The notes under the pieces: generated by a model
Seen by the model: only the letters and a program-made list of their open reading frames with translations
Told to the model about the DNA's origin: nothing
The model's database searches: none
Assembly (NCBI RefSeq): GCF_001194135.2
Contig: NC_068983.1
Coordinates: 113,645,761 to 113,689,598, forward strand
DNA length: 43,838 nucleotides
Direction of reading: 5' to 3'
Origin: Octopus bimaculoides
Lineage: Eukaryota
In this document: positions 1 through 9,388 of the stretch, one piece after another
How positions within the stretch are numbered: the first letter of the stretch is position 1
Layout of the letters: the number at the start of each line of letters is the position of its first letter
Position numbers and translations under genes: made by a program

Positions 1-266
1 TGCATACTATTCTTCTCTTCCAGATTGTGAAAGCTTACCATAACGTTGAATCTAAATACACTGAAATTTTAAGTCACTATGTCTTCTCACAAATTCAAGT
101 AAGTAATGTAATTCATATTTAATTCAAGCTTTCTAATGTTTTGAATCTGATGACAAAAGATCATTTTACTCACAACTAAAATATCTATTAGTTTTACCAA
201 CTTGAAGTAGTTTATATGAAAGCGTAAAGAAGAATTCTTTTTTTTTTTTTTTTGATGATGTGTAAA

Positions 267-2463
267 CACAACGATGGGCACCCTACTTTTACAGGGTGTT
301 GCATTATCGCAAAGGCAAGCACGTAAATCTAGGCTGTGTATGGCATTAAATCTACCTGGGAACCAGCTACTTAGCGAAGCCCTTTTTGCTGCTGAAGAAT
401 CTAGTATGAGACAAACGGATGATGGTCCACAACAGCCTATAGAACAAAATGATAATTTTCAGCAGACGAGTACTTCCACGTCAGTGTAAGCGTAAAAAGA
501 CCAGAACCTGGAATGTGGAGGATATGCCCTCAAAAGAAGAAGTCACAAGTTACCCCTACAGGCCTTCTATTGTTGACATACCTCGGCAACCTCATGAAAT
601 ATTTGAGCTCTTCTTAGATGATACTGTCATAGAAGACCGTACCAAGTATACTATCTTGTTTGCAGCTCAAAAAGGAAATCATGCATTCCAATTGTCAAGC
701 AGCGAGATTATGGTTTTCATTGGTATTTTATTGCTCTCAGGATATAACACGCTACATCACCGTCGTTTATATTGGGAAACCGAATCTGATGTTCGAAATG
801 AGCTTGTAGTTACTTCAATGCAAAAATAAAAACAAATTTGAGGAGATAATGAAATACTTTCATGCAGCAGACAATGAACTGGACAGCAAGGACAGGTTTA
901 CAAAGGTACACCCATTGTTGGACCTTCTAAATCAAAGCATTATACAGTTTGGCTCGGTTTTTGATCCAACAAATATCTTTATTGACGACTCCATGATCTC
1001 ATATTATGGTGGCCATCGCATAAAGCAATTTATTCGAGGCAAACCGATCCGATGGGGTTACAAAGGATGGGTAGCAGCTAGTTCATTAGGTTACTCATAC
1101 TGGATTGATTTATATCAAGGAAAATGTAAAAAGGCAAAAAGTAGCTTTTGCAAGGACACATACGGCCTAAGAGGAGAAGTGGTGCTTAACATGACTGATA
1201 AATTTGAATCTCAATATTCAGGAAAGAAATTTTTCTCCTTTGATAACTTTTTCACATCGTTCAACCTTCAAGAAGAGATACAGCAAAGAGGTCATTCTTC
1301 CACTGGCACGATTTGTAGTAATAGATCTGAAAGTGTCCTCTAACCGAAGTCAAGCAGTTTGAAAAATGTCCACGAGAGACTGAGGAGCATTTTCTTGAAA
1401 AATATTCTGGCATTTTAGTGGCAATTTGGAATGATAATGGTATCGTTATCGTTGGGTCTAATCAGTGTGATGAGCATCCTATAAAGCAAGTTCAGCGCTG
1501 GTCAATTACAGAACGTAAACAAGTTTTGATACCAATGCCGTAAGTAATTGGAAAATATAACTCAAGCATGGGAGGTATTGACAGACTAGACCAAAACATA
1601 TCTCAGTGCCGCATTAACATTCGGGGGCGGGGATGGTATTTCCCACTTGTGTCCTACCTATTGAACGTGTGCATGAATAATGCATGGTTGTTTGCCAGAA
1701 AAGGGGGCTATAAAGAAGATCTACTAGCATTTACACGTCAAACTGCACAGTATCGTTTGAAGAAGTATGGACGCCACCCATGAATCCAATAAAACAAAAC
1801 TCTTGTTGCAGCTAGAGCAAGTATCATCAACGAGGAAAGATATGACAACATAGGTCATGATATATCAAAGAGTGAGCCAGAAAACCGTCGATGTAGGCAA
1901 TGCAAGAGTAAAACTGTATACATGTGCAGGAAATGCAAAGTTCTTATGCATGTCAAGTGTGCCTCTAATAATCACAGAATCCAGTCTTAGTGAGGGAAGT
2001 TTTGGGTGGAGGTGCTGCCAATTATCTTATATTACGTAATGACAGAAAAAAGTTGTCAGACTCAGCCTATTACGTAATAACAGAAAAGAAAAAGGTTATA
2101 CTTGGACAGAATGTATATTTTGTTTTGTGACATTGTATAATGTGTTACAATGATAGATAATTATAGCTTCATAGTAAAATCTTCACAAAGGTTTCAATCA
2201 GTTCTATGAATATATATTTTTAAAAATTTTATTAGTTCAAATACTCAGTCATTCTTATCTAATCTCAATGTTTACTTCAATTTTCATTAATTCAAATATT
2301 TTCCCTAAAAATAGAAATAACGAGTATAAAATGCTTCAGTTTTATTTAAATTAGTAAACATCTTTTCGATGTTGTAAGATTTTCTGTATAATACAGTATG
2401 GAACATGCGGCCCACTGTTGCTCTAACGAAGCATGTACTGCGGCTGGTGTGCCCATCGTTGCG
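267..2463 (+). mobile_element. piggyBac-superfamily DNA transposon, both ends present, inactive
   Basis: 15-bp TIRs match at 14/15: CACAACGATGGGCAC (267-281) and GTGCCCATCGTTGCG (2449-2463). Flanks are TAAA (263-266) and TTAA (2464-2467), i.e. the piggyBac TTAA target duplication with one substitution. Transposase remnants lie inside. Confidence 0.92.
340..1990 (+). pseudogene. piggyBac-type (PGBD2/3-like) DDD transposase pseudogene, fragmented by stops and frameshifts
   Basis: ORF pieces 449-829, 849-1343 and 1568-1783 carry typical motifs: FIGILLLSGY, IFIDDSMISYYG, FIRGKPIRWGYKGW, FSFDNFFTS, YNSSMGGIDRLDQ and WYFPL. A C-terminal Cys-rich domain (RCRQCKSKTVYMCRKCKVLMHVKC) ends at TAG 1988-1990. 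The 5' start is approximate. Confidence 0.92.
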
Positions 2464-2556
2464 TTAATGCAACATACATAAATTTGTAATAACATCTTGT
2501 CTGTTGAATAAATTAGTAAAAAATCAAGTGGTATATGTTATTAAACATAATATCTA

Positions 2557-4296
2557 CTATATATGTAAAACATAACCGATTCCTAAGACTTCATTTTTTA
2601 TGGACATATATGGGTTAAATCTTGATAATTTTTTTTTATTTTTGGTTGAAGGCTGATGTCCTACCAGCATCTGGTTGATGATCGCTTCCTTAAGTACTTG
2701 ATCCGTCTTCAATAACTGAAGAAAACGCCAGATATTTAGATGACTTGGCATTATATTCGCCTGTAAATGGTTATGCCGTACCTCCAAGGAATTAATGTTT
2801 CGTGGTAAGTTATTGAATACTCGGTCATACATGTTCCACATACAAATAGGAAAGAGTGGGTTGTCTCTGCTATGCCGTCGTATTATACCGATATAAGCAT
2901 CTTCAAAGTAATCAATGACTGGATCTGCTTCATGGCACAAATTTTCTTATAACTTCCCAAATACTGTTACATTGTCTGTTAGCACAAAAGCCAAGGGTAG
3001 TATCATGCGAATGCTGAGAGCAAAATCAGCATCGCTCTGACATCTTGATTGTTATCCCTCTGATTGTACCTTCCGATAAACTGCTTGAGAAGGAAGAAAA
3101 AAACACCCTTTGATAAATTGCATTTGGAAAAATTTCGGTAATTGCATTCTTGGCAACTTGTTCATAATCGATCAAAATACTAGCGGGGTTGAGCCTGGAG
3201 TTAATAGTCCGAAGTCGGCTGAAAAGTTCTTCATAGTTAGCTTGACGTTTATTTGGCAATAATGCAAAGACACAAAGAATCGTTCTATTAGAGATTAAGC
3301 AGTGAATGGAGTAGAGTTGGTAAAATAGTTCTGGTACTACTTTGAATGTACCATCACAAAACTAATCACTTGAAGATTGCAAAAGTCACATATTTTTCTC
3401 AGTAGAAAACAAAAATATGCGGTTCTCACTGGGTCCACTATCGTAAAGTAAGAAGTTTTCTTCATTGCATGTTTTTTTGTATTCATCTAGAATGACCTTG
3501 TGGAGGCGCAATGGTCCAGTGGTTAGGGTAGCGGACTCGCGGTCATAGGATCGCGGTTTCGATTCCCAGACCGGGTGTTGTGAGTGTTTATTGAGCGAAA
3601 ACACCTAAAGCTCCACGAGGCTCCGGCGGGGGATGGTGGTGAACCCTGCTGTACTCTTTCACCACAACTTTCTCTCACTCTTACTTCCTGTTTCTGTTGT
3701 GCCTGTAATTCAAAGGGTCAGCCTTGTCACACTGTGTCACGCTGAATATCCCCGAGAACTACGTTAAGGGTACATGTGTCTGTGGAGTGCTCAGCCACTT
3801 GCACGTTAATTTCACGAGCAGGCTGTTCTGTTGATCGTATCAACTGGAACCCTCGACGGCGTAAGCGACGGAGTGCCAACAACAACAACAAGAATGACCT
3901 TATCATGCAAATTTCTTGGTGTGGGATGCGGAACCTTTTTAATTTGTTTATACCTTCTGATTGAACGCCTTATAGTGTTTATGACCGGTAGTTGAGTAGA
4001 GACTTTTTACCGAAACTTTTGTTATAGTTTGTTGTGAAGTTTGGTGGGTTGTAATAGCTTTCTCCTTCATTTCCTCAAGTACAGATAGATCTTGACGAAA
4101 ATTATATGCAGCGTGAGTGTGCTCGTATATCTAGCTGAAAATTTCTTCTCCACACAGTATAATTTCGGCCTTGCAGTTGTTATTTCGGCGGCGTTGACAT
4201 TAGAACGTTTTTCAGATGACAAGTCCTGTTCTTAACGTAGTCATAACCATTACAGCAGAGCTTCAACCCTCCACGTTAAATTCTAACGAAATGCAT
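2557..4296 (-). pseudogene. Mutator/MULE transposase pseudogene with N-terminal FLYWCH-like zinc finger
   Basis: The minus strand from ATG at 4296 reads LCCNGYDYVKNR...F*CQRRRNNNCKAEI...EHTH (FLYWCH-like). It continues PTPRNLHDKVILDEYKKTCNEENFLLYDSG, *FCDGTFKVVPELFYQLYSIH (first catalytic Asp), ILIDYEQVAKNAI, and MWNMYDRVFNNLPRNINSLEVRHN...NIWRFL. It has several in-frame stops and is split by the SINE at 3500-3890. Confidence 0.9.
3500..3890 (+). mobile_element. Full-length tRNA-derived SINE (family A) inserted in the MULE pseudogene
   Basis: tRNA-like head with A box TGGTCCAGTGG and B box GTTTCGATTCC, an (AAC)n tail, and a perfect 11-bp TSD AGAATGACCTT at 3489-3499 and 3891-3901. Confidence 0.93.
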
Positions 4297-4491
4297 AGGT
4301 ACTAGCAATTGTATATAAATTAAGATGAAAAGCGTTTCACGAGTTTCACTGTTAATAGAGTTGCTAGGCCTTTCGACACCTGGTGGTCCTTTACTTCAGC
4401 AAACTGAGGAAAAATACAATTATTGAGTATAAGAAGATTCGCCCAAATGACAAAATGAATGACAGCTTAAGATAAAGTGAAAGTGTCTGAT

Positions 4492-4618
4492 GGGCAGATA
4501 TCTATCTGGCTGTTGTCCCTATCGGGCAGATATCTATCAGGCAGTTATCCGCCACGCAGTTGTCCGCCGGGCGGTTGTCCATCGGGCAATTACTCGTCAG
4601 CCAGTTGACCTAGAAACC
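4492..4618 (-). repeat. About 8 degenerate 15-bp tandem units forming the probable MULE terminus (TIR with subterminal repeats)
   Basis: Units include GGGCAGATATCTATC, AGGCAGTTATCCGCC, ACGCAGTTGTCCGCC, GGGCGGTTGTCCATC and GGGCAATTACTCGTC. The array ends TAGAAACC, which reads GGTTTCTA on the minus strand, about 200 bp upstream of the MULE ATG. The partner TIR is not in the window. Confidence 0.7.
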
Positions 4619-4644
4619 ACTACTATAACTCCGAGTTGACTGAT

Positions 4645-5000
4645 GCTTTTTGAGTGAATTTGATTGGCGGAAACTGTAAGGAGGCTGATCTTATACAGGG
4701 GCATTTGTGTGTGCGTGCACATGTGTGTATGTGTGTGTGCGTGTGTGCGTGCTTGTATGTCTATGTTTATCACTTGACAACCAGTCTTAGTTTGCTTACG
4801 TCCTCGTAAGCCATCAGTTCAGCGATAAACAAAAGGTCGAAAATAAGAATCACACTTTAAAAACATGAAAACGTGGGGCCGATTTGATCGACGAAATTCT
4901 TCTAGGTGGTGTTCCATCATGGCCGCAGTTCAATGACTGAAACAATTGTATACTGGGTTCTAACACTAGGTTAGTAGTAATGCAATGTCTAGCAAAATGT
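4645..5000 (+). mobile_element. Headless, degraded SINE family B body
   Basis: Matches the 27707-28127 copy in GATTGGCGGAAACTG, the internal (GT)n tract, CTTGACAACC and CATGGCCGCAGTTCAATGACTGAAACAA. Confidence 0.75.
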
Positions 5001-5275
5001 AAAGTAAAGTTCCTTCCTGCACCATATGGAGTCATAGGGCCGGTTTCCATGGTGTATATACTCACCACCTGGATGGGACACCAGCTTGTCGCAGGACAAC
5101 ACATTTTTGCCAGCTGACTAGACTGGGGCAACGTGAAATGAAGGGTTTTGCATAAGAACACAACGTGTCGTTAGGTCTGGGAATCGAAACCACAATCTTA
5201 TGATCATGAGTCCGCTAACTACTAAGTATGTATGATTGCATGTATGTGTTTATCCTAACCACTAAGCCATGCGCA
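5000..5275 (-). mobile_element. SINE family A-related 5' half (tRNA head plus central domain), with a ~40-bp insertion in the head
   Basis: The reverse complement reads GCGCATGGCTTAGTGGTTAGG...GGTTTCGATTCCCAGAC...TTGTGTTCTTATGCAAAACCCTTCATTTCACGTTG, similar to 15567-15680. Boundaries are approximate. Confidence 0.7.
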
Positions 5276-5289
5276 ATGTCTAAGCGAAA

Positions 5290-5550
5290 TATATGTATAT
5301 ATGTGTGTGTGTGCGTATATGTTTATGTATGTATATGCGCGTATGTCTTCCTGTTTGTTTATCTCTCCCCACTGCTTGACAACCGCTGTTGGTTTGATTA
5401 GATTCATGTAGCATTAGTGGTGCGGTAACACCGATCGGCAAAATAAATAGCAAGTTTTAAAAAATAATTACTAGTATCGATTTATTTGGCCAACAACCCT
5501 GCAAGGCGGTGCCACAGCATGGTCGCAGATTAATGACTTAAGTAAACGAT
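5290..5550 (+). mobile_element. SINE family B 3' body fragment
   Basis: Contains TGCTTGACAACCGCTGTTGGT and GGCGGTGCCACAGCATGGTCGCAG...AATGACT, as in the 27707-28127 copy. Confidence 0.72.
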
Positions 5551-5883
5551 AGTTCACATAAGGATTTACAGAGATTTGAACTTGAATTTGAGAATCAGAA
5601 TTGTAACCGTTTCGCTATGGAACACTAATATTGTGTTGCTCATTATTTCCATTTATATTTGAAAAAATAGGTGTAGTTGATACATACATATTAATGTATA
5701 TGTATAATTAAATTACTCATCACAAATATAGATCATATTACCATGTATTTGTATTTATAATACAATTACTTAATTTCAGTTCTCTAATTACATATAATTA
5801 TTTGTGCAAATGCATGACCATGTGCTTGAATGAAAGTGTGNNNNNNNNNNGGGGTGTCTGTGTGTGTGTGTGTGTATTTTATA

Positions 5884-6716
5884 CCTGTTCGGCTTTTAGG
5901 TCAGCGCAAATCGACAACGCCTCTCATTGGCAGTATTCCTGGTGTGACCGAGTTATATTAGGGCGCACACGCAAAAGTGTGTCCATTCTTTCCGTACTTA
6001 AGGCGGTTGGTTATAATCCAGGAGAATTTGTGAGGTCTCTTATGAGCGCAACTAGTAACATGGAATGCAGTACAACTTGTTGCATAGTCGGGTTGTCAGC
6101 AACTTAACCAGTACCCCTACAGGGCTTGCCTGGTGATGAGGATTGCTAGAAACCCAGCAAAACTAAAAACAAGACCTGTCAAAAGGATGGATGAACATAG
6201 TGTAGGTCCAACCACTGCTTCGCAATAGGACGGGCCCTCAGAAATTCTGGGTTGGTGTCCGGCATATTGTAAGACCACTGGGAGTGAGGCATTCCTTACC
6301 TTTTGTTCAAGTATGTCTCTAGAACCCGTTTTAAACCCAAGCTACGTCCCCTCCGATAACTGGCGGCGATTTGGTCACCGAATGCTCTGTGACAGTCGAC
6401 AATCGACGACACTATGAGCTGCTACGGATGACACTATCCTAAAGTGTTTACGGATGTGACTAGGGACCACTTTTGAACTTGTATTTCCACTGAAACTTCG
6501 AACATGAATTCTACACCTCACCTGCTGCCGACGGTCGGATGTGTTCAACATTCGTGAGGGACGTGGTGAACTTGTTGGTTGGAGCTGTCCCAATCCACTC
6601 TGGGTGAATGCCGCCGCAAGTACAAGTAAAATAATGTCAACCAGCCACCTGGAGGGTTTCTCGTGGGTTTGCGTGTAACGTTGTTGTGAAACCTGTCTAG
6701 CTTGCATTAACTAGTA
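5884..6716. other. GC-richer non-coding island, probably a retrotransposon 5' UTR or LTR fragment; family unresolved
   Basis: Abrupt compositional shift between AT-rich and microsatellite flanks. I recognise no protein motif in any frame. Confidence 0.3.
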
Positions 6717-7442
6717 CTTTCATCATGTGATAAAACATGTTCAGCCCATGGTCAATACAACTATTTGTATACCTAAAACTATGTAGCTTAATGTGTCTCA
6801 TATTTATTGACGACATTAGGTGTGGTCCGATGGAGAATTAGTGATTATCCTTAGCAAATCATTGTGTCTTGCGTGTGTGTGCGTGCCTGCGTGTACGTGC
6901 CTCTGTGTGTGTGTGTGTTTGTGTGTGTGTGCGTGCTCGCGCTTGTGTGAGTTTGTGAGTGTGCATATATATATGTATGTATTAATGTACACAGTTTAAA
7001 GATACGAGCTACTAATAGTTTCTTGCTGTGGGAACACGTTTCTGTGTTTATACTATGTACAAACATAGTACTCATTGGACGGAGTACTTTTTGTTAATCT
7101 TATCTCAACGGAATATATATATATATATATATATATANNNNNNNNNNNNNNNNNNNNNNNNNNNNNNNNNNNNNNNNNNNNNNNNNNNNNNNNNNNNNNN
7201 NNNNNNNNNNNNNNNNNNNNNNNNNNNNNNNNNNNNNNNNNNNNNNNNNNNNNNNNNNNNNNNNNNNNNNNNNNNNNNNNNNNNNNNNNNNNNNTTACAG
7301 ACACTGCATTCCGTTGATTAATCTGTTTATTTTATAACTAAATTGACAAAAAACACAATATACAGACACTTATGACATACCATATCATATCAACAATTAA
7401 GATTTCAAATTTAAAGGACATTTTGCAATTGGAGAAGGGACA

Positions 7443-7578
7443 AAATCTTACAGCTGTTTCGACCTAGTGTTGGCATGCCCCATTCTATCTCTATAGCTCC
7501 CGTACGCTGGAGTAATTAGTAGATGAAAATGATGTAATAGGGGTACATGCATGATTCGCTAGGCCTCTTCAGAGATTT
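7443..7578 (-). ncRNA. Type I hammerhead ribozyme with extended stem II (best-preserved of the pair)
   Basis: Minus strand reads AAATCT-CTGAAGA-GGCCTAG[...]CTAGGTC-GAA-AC AGCT GT-A-AGATTT. Stem I is 6 bp, the core is intact, stem II is closed by G-C, and stem III is the palindrome ACAGCTGT. The cleavage triplet is GUA, with the cut predicted between 7449 and 7448. Confidence 0.85.
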
Positions 7579-8009
7579 ACAAAATTCAATACATGAATTT
7601 TGCCAAATTTTAATACAAATATAAAATAAGAATAAAGATAAAAAGTAAAAATATAAAAATATAAAAATATAAGGCACATAAAAAAGGGGATAGATATATA
7701 TGTATATGTCCCCCTCACATGTGGTGACAGTGACTGTTGACTATTTTGGTATGCATGTGCAGCCATCTGTGTATATGCATCTGAGCACACATATATACTC
7801 ATGTAGCTATGTTTTTGTATCCATGTATATCTGCATATGGTAATGTATACATGTATAAGCATGTATATTGGAGTTGTTATAACTATTTATATGGTTTTAT
7901 ATACTTTTTGTAGGCTTTTGTGCCTTATATTTTTATATTTTAAATTTTTTTTTTATTCTTATTTTATATTTGTATTAAAATTTGGCAAAATTCATGTATT
8001 GAATTTTGT

Positions 8010-8145
8010 AAATCTCTGAAGAGCCCTAGCGAATCATGCATGTACCCCCATTACATCATTTTCATCTACTAATTACTCCAGTGCACGGGAGCTATAGAGA
8101 CAGAATGGGGCATGCCAACGATAAGCCGAAACAGCTGTAAGATTT
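8010..8145 (+). ncRNA. Type I hammerhead ribozyme, second copy with a partly mismatched stem II
   Basis: AAATCT(8010-8015)-CTGAAGA(8016-8022)-G...C-GAA(8128-8130)-ACAGCTGT-A(8139)-AGATTT(8140-8145). The stem II base GCCCTAGCG/CGATAAGCC has 3 mismatches. Confidence 0.8.
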
Positions 8146-9388
8146 TGTCCCTTCTCCAATTGCTAAATGTCCTTTAAATAAAACTGGTGTTGCTTTGGCA
8201 GCATAAATAACTGCATGACCTGAAATGACCGTTAAAAGGCTAAATTCTTATAACGTATTTTGAATTAGTTTCAAATTCTTTGTTCGGTTTCCGAATATCT
8301 GAGACAGTGGATGAGACTTTCGTCCAAGAAACTTAGGCGTGAGTGTGTACATGTGTGCGTGCGTGCGTGTGTGTGTGTGCGCGCGCGCGTGTCCGTGCGT
8401 GAGCGCGTGCGTGTGCTTGTATGTGTTTCAAAGTGATAGTGTCAAAACCGCCTTTAACTCCCAGTGATAAAAGGAAAATGGTTTAACAAATATAGCAAAA
8501 AAAGAAAAAATTTTCAGATAACCACAGATTTGTGTCAGAAAGTTGATGCTTGTTCATTTGTTTGAACAACGTAACTGTTATGCTGGTACAGTTGTCTTTA
8601 TTGTTTCACATATCGCATAGTCGACTGTATAGTTCTCCATAAGCAGTCTGTAGCCCTCTTTTAGATGTTATAGTATTAATAATACGACGTACATTGGAAA
8701 GCAAGACAAAAATAGCGGCGACTATATGCTATTTTAAAATGACTTCGGAAGTTGAAAGTTTTTTTTTTGATATTCTTGTAATGGACTACTCGATTTCTTT
8801 TGTTCCCTCAGTTCAGTTTTATTTAATATATTCCGTTGTTATTTTTTTTTCCTGAAAGTTAAATACGTTTTGCAAACATACGCCGTCGACAAGTTTACTT
8901 AATCTGCTTACAGATGTTAATATTCTTCTATATTTCTTGTTGTATAAGCACGGCACATATGTATGTTTGTATGTAGCTTCGTATATAAGACAAGAGTTAT
9001 AAAACAAACTCACATAACCATCCTGTTTTAATTCAGATATTCTGCATACTGAATCATACTATCCAATGTGCTCTCTTCAGATTAGAGGGATATTTCACTG
9101 ATATGTCAATCATTCACTGAGTAGCGACCCTTCACAGAGGAGTGAACTGATCTGAACTTGCACCCGCAAAAATTGACTTCTATAATGTCGATGCTAGTAC
9201 GATGCATCAGCTTCTGAAAATAACGTGTCAGCTGAAAAATAATTTAATCAGATTGAAACATTTAATAAATATGATTTGATTTTTCCTTTATGTATGATTT
9301 TGTTAACGACTGGGTATATGTTCATGTAATAACTCTTAAATGTAATCTTAACTTTATATGTAGGATTAGCTACAATTGATCATCCATC

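Larger units (their letters stand above)
7409..8179. mobile_element. Long inverted repeat with ~270-bp arms: Penelope-like pLTR-type sequence in inverted arrangement
   Basis: Arms 7409-7685 and 7916-8179 are reverse complements, with 9 mismatches over the 136-nt ribozyme segment. Each arm carries a hammerhead motif. No TSD is seen. Confidence 0.8.

Noticed and set aside
274-489. ORF starting at 274 as an intact transposase N-terminus or domesticated PGBD gene
   Set aside because: The ATG lies inside the TIR, the frame stops at 489 and the downstream coding sequence has multiple stops and frameshifts.
3500-3580. Possible tRNA gene
   Set aside because: The A and B boxes are present, but the sequence continues into a SINE body with an (AAC)n tail and an 11-bp TSD. 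No proper acceptor stem or terminator is evident. The same applies to the heads at 15567 and 27707.
4492-4618. CRISPR-like short repeat array
   Set aside because: The units are contiguous and degenerate with no unique spacers. The context is eukaryotic and the array sits at a transposon end.
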